A stretch of 64,000 nucleotides of DNA from Myxococcales bacterium (GTDB lineage: Bacteria; Myxococcota_A; Polyangia; Polyangiales; DASUME01). Positions 1 to 9,287 of this stretch are shown piece after piece; within the stretch, counting starts at the first letter, position 1, and each line of letters starts with the position of its first letter. Location: assembly GCA_047601445.1 (NCBI GenBank), contig JASGJH010000001.1:7040001-7104000 (forward strand), written 5' to 3'. The notes beneath the pieces are model-generated. The model ran no database searches. It saw only the letters and a program-made list of their open reading frames with translations, and was not told the origin of the DNA. Position numbers and translations under genes: made by a program.

Positions 1-2
1 TC

Positions 3-1001
3 GACGAGTCCAGCGTGGTGGAATGTCTACGCAAGCGCCAGGCGCCGTTCCTCGAGGGACTCATCAACAACCTGGCCAACGGAAAGGGCGCCAAGGGCGC
101 CAAGGGCAACTTCAACGGCAGCCGTATCGCCTGTGGCGTGACCTGCTCGGCGGACTCGGACGTGCGCTCGCTGGGAAACACCGACTCGGTGGAGCGCGAG
201 CGGGTCAACGTGAACATGGACCAGGACAACGGCGAGCTGCGCGACACGCTCTTGCATGAGCTGTTGCATTCGGCCGGCTACGACGGCCCACCGGGACACA
301 ACGACGCCGACGGCAATCAGGACGACGCCATTTATGCCTGCTCGCGCTGGTGCACCGGTCGCTCGCTCAAGTCCACGGGCGCCGACGGCGAGTCCCACTA
401 CGACATGGAGGGCATGCTCGACATGGACGACTGCTTCAAGTGCTCCGGCACCAAGGCCACACGTGAGGAGTGCTGCTTCGACAAGGTCACCTGCAGCAAC
501 GGCTGCTGCGACCACGCGTGCGAGGCGGACGGCACCTGCAAGCGCGACCCATGCAACCCCGCGCTCAACGACGGCGACTTCTCGCTCTGCCGCCTGAAGG
601 GCTCGAGCGACTTCGAGGTGACCGACGGAAGTGGTAGCTGCGCGACCAGCGTACGCTGGGTCTACGACAGCGTGAGCGGTAACAAGGTCACCTTGGTGCC
701 TACGGGCACTACCGACTGCACGCTGATGACCGTGGGTTGCAGCGTGACGCCCCTGAGCGCAAACGTGCTCCCCGTAGACGGCCAGCTGGTGCTCGACTAC
801 GGCACCTCCACCTATACGGGCGCGGGCCTCACGTCCTGGAACATCACGATCAGCTGCCCGGAATCACCGAGTTACGTGTCACCGTTCAAGTCGGGCTGGT
901 TTGCCGCGCAGAACCCGCTGAGCTTCGTCTCCGGACAGCCCCTCAAGAGCAAGCTCATCTTGGAGGACGGCTCGGTCGAGTGGACCTTCGAGCCCAATTG
1001 A
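3..1001 (+). CDS. 5'-truncated Cys-rich secreted protein with zincin-like HExxH motif
   Basis: Frame is open from the window edge; LLHELLHSAG motif followed by many Cys residues. Confidence 0.65.
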   Translation, partial: DESSVVECLRKRQAPFLEGLINNLANGKGAKGAKGNFNGSRIACGVTCSADSDVRSLGNTDSVERERVNVNMDQDNGELRDTLLHELLHSAGYDGPPGHNDADGNQDDAIYACSRWCTGRSLKSTGADGESHYDMEGMLDMDDCFKCSGTKATREECCFDKVTCSNGCCDHACEADGTCKRDPCNPALNDGDFSLCRLKGSSDFEVTDGSGSCATSVRWVYDSVSGNKVTLVPTGTTDCTLMTVGCSVTPLSANVLPVDGQLVLDYGTSTYTGAGLTSWNITISCPESPSYVSPFKSGWFAAQNPLSFVSGQPLKSKLILEDGSVEWTFEPN

Positions 1002-1010
1002 GGATGAGGC

Positions 1011-2198
1011 TCAGAGGTGTTGCAAGCTGCGCAACGCGATGCCGATGAGCCCCGCCACGAAGATCACCAGCGGCTCCGGCGCCTTCTTCAGCTTGAGCAG
1101 CACTCCAAGCGTGACCAGCGCGAGCGCGGCCGTGGGTAGATCCACGATGGCGCGCTTGCCTAGCACGAAGGCGGCGCCCGCGATGGCGCCCGCCGCAGCC
1201 GCCGTGACGCCCTGAACGAAGGTCGCCACGTGCGCGTTCTTGCCGTACTTCTGGTAGTGCGGCGCCGGGATGACCACGAACAGGTAACACGGCAGGAACA
1301 CGCCGATGGACGCCATGATGGCACCCAGTGGGCCCGCGGTGAGGTATCCGATGAACGCGACCGTGATCACCACGGGACCCGGCGTGATCATGGCGACCGC
1401 GACAGCGTCGAGAAACTGGCGCTCGGTCAGCCACTGGAAGTCGTTCACCACGCCCCCGTGCAGGAACGGCACGATGGCCAGGCCACTGCCGAACACGAAC
1501 GCGCCCGCCTCGGCGAAGTACCAGGCGATGCGCCACAGCTCGGATGCGTCGGCTGAACCGTGAACCCCGGCGGTGAGCCACGGCAGGCTGGGCGCGAACA
1601 TCAGCGCAGGGGACGCGGGCGTGCCACGAAATGAACGGACCGCCATCACCACCAGGCCCGAACCGAGGAAGAGCGAGAGGATCTCGGACTCAGTCCACGC
1701 CGTCACCAGTCCGCTCAGGCCGAACACGCCCCACAGCAGCTTGTCTTTGCCGAGCGTGAGCTTGGTGAGCTTGTGCGCGCTGCGACCGATGATGGCGATC
1801 ACCGCGGCGCCGATGCCGTAGAATGCGCCTTCCATCCAGGGCAGCCCGCCGAAGCGCAAGTAGAGCCACGAGAGGGCCAGCACCATCAGGAAGGAGGGCA
1901 GGATGAAGGCCGCCGAAATCAGGGTCGCTCCCAGCACGCCGCCGCGCACCCAGCCCAGGTAGATGGCGAGCTGTGCGGCGAGCGGCCCCGGGGCGAGCTG
2001 GGCGAGCGCGAGTCCATCGAGGTACTCCTGCTTGGTGATCCAGCGTCGATCCTCCACCAGATCCTTCTGCATGTAGCCGGCCAGCGCGATGGGACCGCCG
2101 AAGCCGAAGCTGCCGAGGCGCAGGAAATAGCGGACCAGGTCGCCGGTGGTGCACGGCTCCGCAACCGTTGCTGATACAGGTGTATCTTGAGTAGACAT
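1011..2198 (-). CDS. chrA: chromate efflux transporter (CHR family)
   Basis: Two CHR repeats: FGFGGP..., LAQLAPGP, FVFGSG, AMITPGP; hydrophobic. Confidence 0.95.
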   Translation of the reverse strand: MSTQDTPVSATVAEPCTTGDLVRYFLRLGSFGFGGPIALAGYMQKDLVEDRRWITKQEYLDGLALAQLAPGPLAAQLAIYLGWVRGGVLGATLISAAFILPSFLMVLALSWLYLRFGGLPWMEGAFYGIGAAVIAIIGRSAHKLTKLTLGKDKLLWGVFGLSGLVTAWTESEILSLFLGSGLVVMAVRSFRGTPASPALMFAPSLPWLTAGVHGSADASELWRIAWYFAEAGAFVFGSGLAIVPFLHGGVVNDFQWLTERQFLDAVAVAMITPGPVVITVAFIGYLTAGPLGAIMASIGVFLPCYLFVVIPAPHYQKYGKNAHVATFVQGVTAAAAGAIAGAAFVLGKRAIVDLPTAALALVTLGVLLKLKKAPEPLVIFVAGLIGIALRSLQHL

Positions 2199-2217
2199 AC
2201 GCTTGTGACATGTCTAC
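2191..2217. promoter_or_regulatory. perfect inverted repeat GTAGACAT-N11-ATGTCTAC between divergent chrA and chrB; candidate ChrB operator
   Basis: 8-bp arms at 2191-2198 and 2210-2217; second palindrome GATACA-GG-TGTATC at 2173-2186. Confidence 0.6.
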
Positions 2218-3292
2218 GCTCCTGGCGCCTGGAGCACAAGTGACCGAGACCGACGCCCCTCATCATGCCGGCCTCGAGGCCGGCCACGCAGGCCCGCGCT
2301 GGCTGCTGCTGATCCATCAGATTCCGGCCGATCCCGCCTATCTGCGCGTGAAGGTGGGGCGCAGGCTCGCGCGCGTGGGTGCCTTGCAACTCAAGGGCAG
2401 TGTCTATGTGCTGCCCAACCTCGAGAACTGCCGGGAGGACTTCTCCTGGATTCGGCGCGAAGTCGTCGATGGTGGCGGCGAGGCTGCGGTGCTGGGAGCG
2501 AGCTTGCTGGAGGGGCTGACCAGTGCGGATCTAGAACGCATGTTTCGTGAGGCGCGCGCGGCGGACTACAAGGCGTGCGCCGAGCGCGTCGCGACCGCGC
2601 AGGCGCGCGCGCGCGCGTCGAAGGGACCGGGTGAGGGGCGTGAGCTCTCCCTGGAGCTGACACGCATCGAGGAACAGCTGGCCGAGCTCGAGCGGATCGA
2701 CTTCTTCTCCGCGGGCGACGTCGATGGACTGCGTACCCGGATCGCCCAGATCAAGGCCGCCCTCGGCCGCGCTCCGGCCCCCGTGGAGCAGACGGCCTCG
2801 ACCTACCAGGTTGCGCAGTTCCAGCGCCGAACTTGGGTGACGCGCGTGGGCGTGAAGGTCGATCGCGTCGCCTGTGCCTGGTTGATCCAGCGCTTCATCG
2901 ATCAGGAGGCCAAGTTCAAGTTCGTGGATCCCGCGAGCTATCGCCACGGCAAGCGCGAGCTGCGCTTCGACATGCCCGAGGCCGAGTTCACGCACGAAGG
3001 GGATCTGTGCAGCTTCGAGGTGATCTGTCGGCGCTTCGGCCTGAGGTCGCCGGGCCTCGTGCGCATCGGAGAGATCGTGCATGACCTCGACGTGAAGGAC
3101 GGGCGCTACGGCCACCCGGAGACCGAAGGGCTCAGGGCCATCATTCAAGGACTGGTCAACGAGCAAGCAGACGATGAGGCACGGGTGAGCACCGCCGCGG
3201 CGCTCTTCGATGCGCTCTACAGCTCTGCAGAGCGCGGAGCGGGCTCGCAATCGGCTTCCAGGAAGCGCAAGCACAGGGCGGGCGCTCGCTAA
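2210..3292 (+). CDS. chrB: chromate resistance regulator ChrB
   Basis: WLLLIHQIP..LRVKV N-terminal domain; WVTR..KVDRVACAWLIQRFID and FTHEGDLCSFE C-terminal domain; true start may be GTG 2240. Confidence 0.9.
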   Translation: MSTLLAPGAQVTETDAPHHAGLEAGHAGPRWLLLIHQIPADPAYLRVKVGRRLARVGALQLKGSVYVLPNLENCREDFSWIRREVVDGGGEAAVLGASLLEGLTSADLERMFREARAADYKACAERVATAQARARASKGPGEGRELSLELTRIEEQLAELERIDFFSAGDVDGLRTRIAQIKAALGRAPAPVEQTASTYQVAQFQRRTWVTRVGVKVDRVACAWLIQRFIDQEAKFKFVDPASYRHGKRELRFDMPEAEFTHEGDLCSFEVICRRFGLRSPGLVRIGEIVHDLDVKDGRYGHPETEGLRAIIQGLVNEQADDEARVSTAAALFDALYSSAERGAGSQSASRKRKHRAGAR

Positions 3293-3411
3293 TCGCCCGC
3301 TTCCGCAAGGAGACGAGGACATCTTCAGCTCATGGCTTGATCGAGGCAGCCTGGATGGGAAGGTAGGCGGGATCGTCCATACTGCGCGCGCTTCGCGCGA
3401 GGAGGGTTCCC

Positions 3412-3684
3412 ATGACCAAGGCTCACTGGCTGCTGGCGTTCGGCCTCACATCCATCGTCGCCGTGCCTGCACTGGCGGCGTCGACCCAAGTGGAGGCGTG
3501 CAAGGCGGAGTTCAAGAATGCGGGCTGCGCGCCGACCAACGAGGCCGAGGCCTACACGTGCATCGAGGGCATCGAGAAAGAAGGACAGAAAGACGAGGGG
3601 CTCTCCCATGCCTGCTACGAGGCCCACGAGCGCTACGAGAAGAAGATGCACAAGCAGGAGCACCACGAGCACGAGGACAAGTAG
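3412..3684 (+). CDS. small secreted Cys-containing protein with His-rich tail
   Basis: GGAGG RBS, signal peptide, 4 Cys, C-terminus HKQEHHEHEDK. Confidence 0.75.
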   Translation: MTKAHWLLAFGLTSIVAVPALAASTQVEACKAEFKNAGCAPTNEAEAYTCIEGIEKEGQKDEGLSHACYEAHERYEKKMHKQEHHEHEDK

Positions 3685-3734
3685 CGCGCTGACCCGCGCT
3701 TCCCTGCGGCCGCACGAGGCCCGTGCCGGCTCAC

Positions 3735-5918
3735 TCAGGCTGCCACGGACGGCAACGCCACGGTGAAGCATGCGCCGTGACCCAGGCCCTCGCTCTGCGC
3801 CGTGATGCTGCCACCGTGGAGTTCCACCAAGTGCTTCACGAGCGCGAGCCCGAGGCCCAGGCCATGTGAGCGCTCGCCGCTGCGCTGGCCTTGCTGAAAG
3901 CGCTCGAACACATGCGGGAGGAAGGCCGGGTCGATGCCGAGACCGTTGTCCCGGATCTCGACCCAGACCTTGTCTGCGTAGCGCAGGCCAATCTCCACGC
4001 GGCCCCGTTCGGGCGTGAACTTGATGGCGTTGTTGAGGAGGTTCCAGAAGATCTGCTGTAGGCGTCGAGCATCTCCCGAGACGCGAGCGGAAAGCTCGGC
4101 GGGTGCGAACGAGAGTTCGATGGACTTGGCATCGGCGCTGGGCCGCACGGTGTCGAGGGCGGAGTGCAGCACGGACTCGAGCTCGAGTGGCTGACGATCG
4201 AGCTCGAGCTTGCCACTCAGCACGCGCGACATGTCCAGCAAGTCCTCCACCAGCTGGGCCTGGGTTTGTGCGTTGCGCTCGATGACCCTGGTGGCGCGCT
4301 CGACGAGGGACCGCTCCATGCCTCGCTCGCGCAGCAGGGCCGACCAGCCGAGGATCGCACTCAGGGGCGTGCGCAGCTCGTGCGACACCAGCGCTACGAA
4401 CTCGTCCTTGTTGCGACTCTCGTCCTCCGCCGCGAGCTGGCTGCGCTTCTGGTTCTCGATGTCCGTGGTGGTACCGAACCAGCGGCTCACGCTGCCGTGC
4501 TCGTCGAAGCGCGGCTGGGCGCGCGTCAGGTGCCAGCGATACTCGCCGCTCCGCGCGCGCAGGCGATGTTGGATCTCGAAGGGGGTCTCGTGCTCGCGTG
4601 ACTCGCGGAAGCAGGCTTCGAACCGATCGCGGTCGTCCGGATGGATGCAGGAGTAGAAGGCGAGGGCGCGCGCGTCTCCCGCAGGCAATCCGCTGTACTC
4701 GTTCCAGCGCGGATTGAAGTACTGAAAGCGCAGGTCCGCGTCGGCGACCCAGACGATCTGCGGAGCCATGTCGGCCAGGGCGTGGAAGTGGTCCTCACTG
4801 CGCCGCAGGGCCTCCTCGGCCGCCACTTGCGCGCTGACGTCCTGAACGATGGTCACGGTGCGCTGTGGGTGCCCGCGCTCGTCGCGGATGAGCGCTGACG
4901 ACACCTGCGCCAACACGCTGCTGCCGTCTTTGCGTACGTAGCGCTTGCGAGCCTGGTAGCTGGGGAGTTCTCCGCTCTTCACGCGCTCGAAGCGGGTCCG
5001 GTCGGCGCTGCGATCCTCGGGGTGGGTGACTTCCACGAAGGTTCTTTCGAGGAGCTCCTGCTCCGCGTAGCCGAGCATCCTGCAGAAGACCGGGTTGGCC
5101 CGCAGGAAGCGTCCGCTCCCGGCGTCCACCTGCGCCATGCCCACGATGGCGGCCTCGAAGATGAGGCGGAACTGCTGCTCGCTTTGCTGCAGCTCGGCGG
5201 TGCGCTCCGTCACCTTGCTCTCCAGCTCGGCTCGGCTCTGCGAGAGTTCCTGCCGTGTTCGGGTGAGACCCGCGATGGTACGCTCCACACGCTCCACGGC
5301 GGGCTTGAACACGAGCAGCGCCTCCAACGCCAGCACCAGCAGCGTGAAGCTCGTCAGGAGCAGCTCGACCCTGCGCAGCGCGTGCACCTTCTGCTCGGCC
5401 TCCCACTGGTATCGGGTCACCACGCGGTCCATGGCCACCAGAAAGAGATCCTCCGCGGTCAAGATGGTGATGATGGGTGGGCGCAGGTCGCCATGTCCAG
5501 CCTGCGCGCGGCGCGCGGCGAGCAGCTGCTCCGCGGCGCGATCCATCTCGTGGAAGTGGCGGTCCGCGTCGGCGAACAACTGCGCCACGGCGGGGGTGTT
5601 GCGCCCCGGTAGGCCGCGCACCAAATCTCCTCGCTGCAGGCCAGCGTGCGCGCTCCGCCAGGCCAGAAGGGTTTGCTCGAACTCGCCCAGCGGTGCCTCG
5701 GCCGTTGGCTGCGCACCCATTTCGAGCGCGGTCTTGCTCAGGCGCTGGCTCAACATGCGCTGGCGTCCCGCCACATTGACCACGCGTGCATCGCTCTCGT
5801 GTCGCACCAAGGCGCTCTGGATCAGCGCCTGGCTAGTCAGCGACAACAGCGCGACCAAGCCCAGCGCGAACACGTAGCGCCGCGTCAACGCATGGGCTCC
5901 GGAGGCTTCTTGGGACAT
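3735..5918 (-). CDS. sensor histidine kinase with NarX/PilJ-type periplasmic domain, 2 PAS, HisKA, HATPase
   Basis: NVAGRQRMLSQR P-box-like motif, SHELRTPL, NLLNNAIKF, GLGLGL; start taken at MSQEA. Confidence 0.9.
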   Translation of the reverse strand: MSQEASGAHALTRRYVFALGLVALLSLTSQALIQSALVRHESDARVVNVAGRQRMLSQRLSKTALEMGAQPTAEAPLGEFEQTLLAWRSAHAGLQRGDLVRGLPGRNTPAVAQLFADADRHFHEMDRAAEQLLAARRAQAGHGDLRPPIITILTAEDLFLVAMDRVVTRYQWEAEQKVHALRRVELLLTSFTLLVLALEALLVFKPAVERVERTIAGLTRTRQELSQSRAELESKVTERTAELQQSEQQFRLIFEAAIVGMAQVDAGSGRFLRANPVFCRMLGYAEQELLERTFVEVTHPEDRSADRTRFERVKSGELPSYQARKRYVRKDGSSVLAQVSSALIRDERGHPQRTVTIVQDVSAQVAAEEALRRSEDHFHALADMAPQIVWVADADLRFQYFNPRWNEYSGLPAGDARALAFYSCIHPDDRDRFEACFRESREHETPFEIQHRLRARSGEYRWHLTRAQPRFDEHGSVSRWFGTTTDIENQKRSQLAAEDESRNKDEFVALVSHELRTPLSAILGWSALLRERGMERSLVERATRVIERNAQTQAQLVEDLLDMSRVLSGKLELDRQPLELESVLHSALDTVRPSADAKSIELSFAPAELSARVSGDARRLQQIFWNLLNNAIKFTPERGRVEIGLRYADKVWVEIRDNGLGIDPAFLPHVFERFQQGQRSGERSHGLGLGLALVKHLVELHGGSITAQSEGLGHGACFTVALPSVAA

Positions 5919-6078
5919 CGCGCTAGCCCCTAGCTTTCGCCGAATGCGAACGTTCTGCATCGAGCCCAATCGCGCACGCGAACGCCCACTCTGGTGCATT
6001 GCCCGACTCGGCTAGCTCGGTACCCTTTAGCAGCAGTGCGCGGAGCCTCCAGGCTTCGCAGCCGAAGGCCAGGTATCT

Positions 6079-7935
6079 GTGATCCGAGCGGTCGTTGCGG
6101 TTTCCGTGCTCACGGGGCTCACCCTGCACGCCGGCATCGTCCATCTCTTGCTCTACGCGCAATCTCGCGGAAACCGCGACAGGGCGGACCTGTACTTTGC
6201 GTACACCGCGCTGCTGGTCGCCGGCTACAACCTGTGCTGCGCAGGGCTCTATCTGAGCACCAGCGTGGCGCAAGGCGTGCCCTGGTTTCGTGGTCAGGTG
6301 TTCTTCGTGTCGGGCGTCGCGGTCGCGTTCATGTACTTCTTGCGCGAATACTCCAAGGTATCCGTACCGCCCTGGTTTCGCAGGTTGGCCTGGCTGCTGC
6401 CCGTCATCGGCGTCACGGCCCTAGTCGAGCGTCATGGGCTGGTGACCACCGCGGAGGAGTCCATCAAGCGCGTGCCAGTGCCGCTCTTTGGCGAGGTGGT
6501 GTACTACGAGCCCGCCACGGGACCGCTCTACGACGCCTGGGTCGTCGGCTTGATCGTGCTCACGGCGAACTCGCTGCGCATGGCCTTTCGCGTGCGTAGC
6601 CACGGGGACCCCAAGCGCGCTCGCTTCATCCTGCCCGCGGTGCTGGTGTTCTCCTTCGGCGCGCTGCACGATGCTCTCGCGGGGAGCGGTGTGTTCCGCT
6701 CGGCCTATCTGCTCGAGTACTCCTGGACCAGCATTATCCTGCTGGCCGGCCATTCGCTCTCGCGCGAGCTGAACAGCGCGGCCGAGGCCAAACAGGCCCT
6801 GGCCGATAGCCGGGTGCGCCTGGCGCACGCGGAGCGCCTGGAGTCGGTGGGCAAGCTGGCGGGAGGTCTGGCCCACGACTTGAACAACATGTTGACCCCC
6901 GTGATCGGCTACGCGCAGCTTGCGTGCTTTCTGGCCTCACCTGGCTCCAAGCTGCAGTCCATCTTGGATAACCTGCTCTCGGCGGCCCACCGCGCCGCGG
7001 CGCTCACGCGGCAGCTATTGGCATTCGCGCGCAAGCAAGTGCTCGAGGTACAACCCATCAATCTCGCCGAGAGCGTGCAACAACTGCAACCCTTGCTGCG
7101 GCAGATGCTCCCGGAGAGCGTGCATCTCTCCATTCACGCCACCCCCGGAGTTCCCAACGTGGAGGCCGATCCCGGGCAACTCGAGCGCGTCTGGATGAAC
7201 CTGGTGGCCAATGCGCGGGATGCCATGCCGGCCGGCGGCGAGCTGTGCTTCGACGTGGAGCCGTGTGAGTCGAGCGGCGTGCAGGGTGTGGCCGTGGCCA
7301 TCTCGGACACCGGCTTCGGCATGACCGACGTGGTGCTCGAGCATATCTTCGAGCCCTTCTTTTCCACCAAGCCACGCGGCAAGGGCACGGGGCTCGGCTT
7401 GTCCACCGTGCACGGCATCGTGGAGCAGCTCGGAGGCCATATCAGCGTCGACAGTCGGCTCGGTAAGGGCACTACCTTTCGGCTCTTCTTCCCCAAGACC
7501 GACAAGGCACCACGCCAGCAGAAGGCGCCCTCGAACGCGCCCCCGCGCATGACGCGCACGGTCCGGGTCTTGGTGGTCGATGACGATCGCGCGGTGCTGG
7601 ACATGGTGGTGGAGCTCATCGAACACTTCGGCCTGAACGTCGTCACCGCGGGCTCGCTGGACGAGCTCAACCGCGTGCTCGCGCGCGAAGTCGAGCCCAT
7701 CGATGTGCTGTTGACGGATGTGGTACTGCCCGACACGGACGGCTATCACGTGCAGCACGTGGTGAATGCGTGCCACCCCACGGTGCCCTGCATCTTCATG
7801 ACCGGACATGCGGACGAAGTGCTCGCCCCGCGAGGCCTCCTGCGCAATCACATGGAGGTGCTGCACAAGCCGTTCTCCGCGCAGGAGCTGCTGGAGAAAT
7901 TGAAAGTGGCCATCGGTGAGTTGCGCTCCAACTAG
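6079..7935 (+). CDS. membrane-bound hybrid histidine kinase with receiver domain
   Basis: About 7 TM segments, AHDLNNML, NLVANARDAM, GKGTGLGL, VLVVDDD...LLTDVVLP. Confidence 0.92.
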   Translation: MIRAVVAVSVLTGLTLHAGIVHLLLYAQSRGNRDRADLYFAYTALLVAGYNLCCAGLYLSTSVAQGVPWFRGQVFFVSGVAVAFMYFLREYSKVSVPPWFRRLAWLLPVIGVTALVERHGLVTTAEESIKRVPVPLFGEVVYYEPATGPLYDAWVVGLIVLTANSLRMAFRVRSHGDPKRARFILPAVLVFSFGALHDALAGSGVFRSAYLLEYSWTSIILLAGHSLSRELNSAAEAKQALADSRVRLAHAERLESVGKLAGGLAHDLNNMLTPVIGYAQLACFLASPGSKLQSILDNLLSAAHRAAALTRQLLAFARKQVLEVQPINLAESVQQLQPLLRQMLPESVHLSIHATPGVPNVEADPGQLERVWMNLVANARDAMPAGGELCFDVEPCESSGVQGVAVAISDTGFGMTDVVLEHIFEPFFSTKPRGKGTGLGLSTVHGIVEQLGGHISVDSRLGKGTTFRLFFPKTDKAPRQQKAPSNAPPRMTRTVRVLVVDDDRAVLDMVVELIEHFGLNVVTAGSLDELNRVLAREVEPIDVLLTDVVLPDTDGYHVQHVVNACHPTVPCIFMTGHADEVLAPRGLLRNHMEVLHKPFSAQELLEKLKVAIGELRSN

Positions 7936-8219
7936 CGGTCCTGGCAGTCGGCAAGGCAGACCTCGTACGTCAACGCGGACAAGTGAGCACCCGTTCTGAT
8001 CGTGTCCGTGAGCGTGGCCCTGGCCGTTGGCGCCCCGGTGATGGTGGCCGCGCTCGTGTTCGGGAACCAAATCGTGAAGGTGATCGATGCCGCCCGACGC
8101 TCACTCGTCTACGGGCGTTGATCACGGCCCCGGCATCGTTCTAGCTCACGCGCGCGGCCACCATCACGGGCGCGCCAACGGCCACGCGCACGGCCACGCA
8201 ATGACCACGGCATCGCGAC

Positions 8220-8804
8220 TCATTGCGCGAGCGTAGGACAAGACGCCTTCAGCGCGGCCTGCAGCGAACACCAGCAGGTGCAGCTGCCGGGGCCGTAGCA
8301 GGGGTCGAGTCCGGTGTTGGCCGGGCAGGGTAGGCACTCGGGACGCTCGCCCAGGGCCGCAAGGTCCTGCTGGTCGTGGTAGCTGCAGGATGCGCAGGTG
8401 GGGCATGCGCCATCGCAGCCCACGGGCGCGCTGCTCGAGCGCACGTTGTACCAGTCGACGTTCGCTGCGGACGCGCTCAAGTAGGAGGGCTTGCCCGCGA
8501 CGTCATCGCGGCAGACAGCGCAGCCCGGATCGAGCGGCCCACGACAGCCTTGCAACGAAGGGGCCTTCCCCGCGCTCGAGGCGTCGGGCCCACCCGCGTC
8601 CGAGATCAGACCTGCGTCCGCGAGAGGTTCCTCGAGCGGCGGCTCGGAGGCACCGTCCTGGACCGAGATGGCTGCGTCGAGGTAGCCGGCGTCGTCGTGG
8701 GAGAGCGGAGAGTCGTCGCGGGCCTGGCCGGACGTTGCGTCTTCGGCGGAGCACGCGCACAGCCCGACCATGAACGCCAGTGACAGGAGCAGCGGGCCAG
8801 GCAT
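8220..8804 (-). CDS. Cys-rich lipoprotein
   Basis: Lipobox LCAC, DAG acidic linker, Cys-rich C-terminal domain; start taken at MPGPLL. Confidence 0.7.
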   Translation of the reverse strand: MPGPLLLSLAFMVGLCACSAEDATSGQARDDSPLSHDDAGYLDAAISVQDGASEPPLEEPLADAGLISDAGGPDASSAGKAPSLQGCRGPLDPGCAVCRDDVAGKPSYLSASAANVDWYNVRSSSAPVGCDGACPTCASCSYHDQQDLAALGERPECLPCPANTGLDPCYGPGSCTCWCSLQAALKASCPTLAQ

Positions 8805-9287
8805 GTCTGTCCCATACACCCATCGTCTGCCCGAAAGGAAGCTTGCCGGGAGCTCTTCACCCGGGCTCGGTGTGCGTGAACTCGCGGCGATCCTGGTGAT
8901 CCCGAGACCCTTGACCGCGAAGCGGTAGCGCCCGCGACCGCCGCTCGGGCCGTGGCGCGGCTCACTGCGCGTGTCCAAAAACACCCCGAATTGACGTCTC
9001 GCCAGGGCCCGCAGGGAGTCTTGCGGCGCTGCGCGTGCGACATCTCTCCGGCTCGTACAAAAATCTCGCCCAGGCGTTCTTCAGCGTCGGCCAGCGCGCA
9101 TCTCGCGCTTCGAACTGCCAAAACGAACTAGTGTGCGTGCGCTCGCCCTCGCCGAGTTGCGTCAGTCGTCGCGATGCGGACATCCATGCGAGAGGTGCGA
9201 CCCTTCCCGCTTCGTGCACACGCTGCCACGGCGTGATGTAAACAAATCTTCGGTTAGCGCGGTTAATCCGCTTAGACTTGCTGCGCC

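Noticed and set aside
7987..8121. Short hydrophobic ORF (VLIVSVSVALAVGAPVMVAALVFGNQIVK...)
   Set aside because: No clear start or RBS in frame; may be a remnant but cannot be supported
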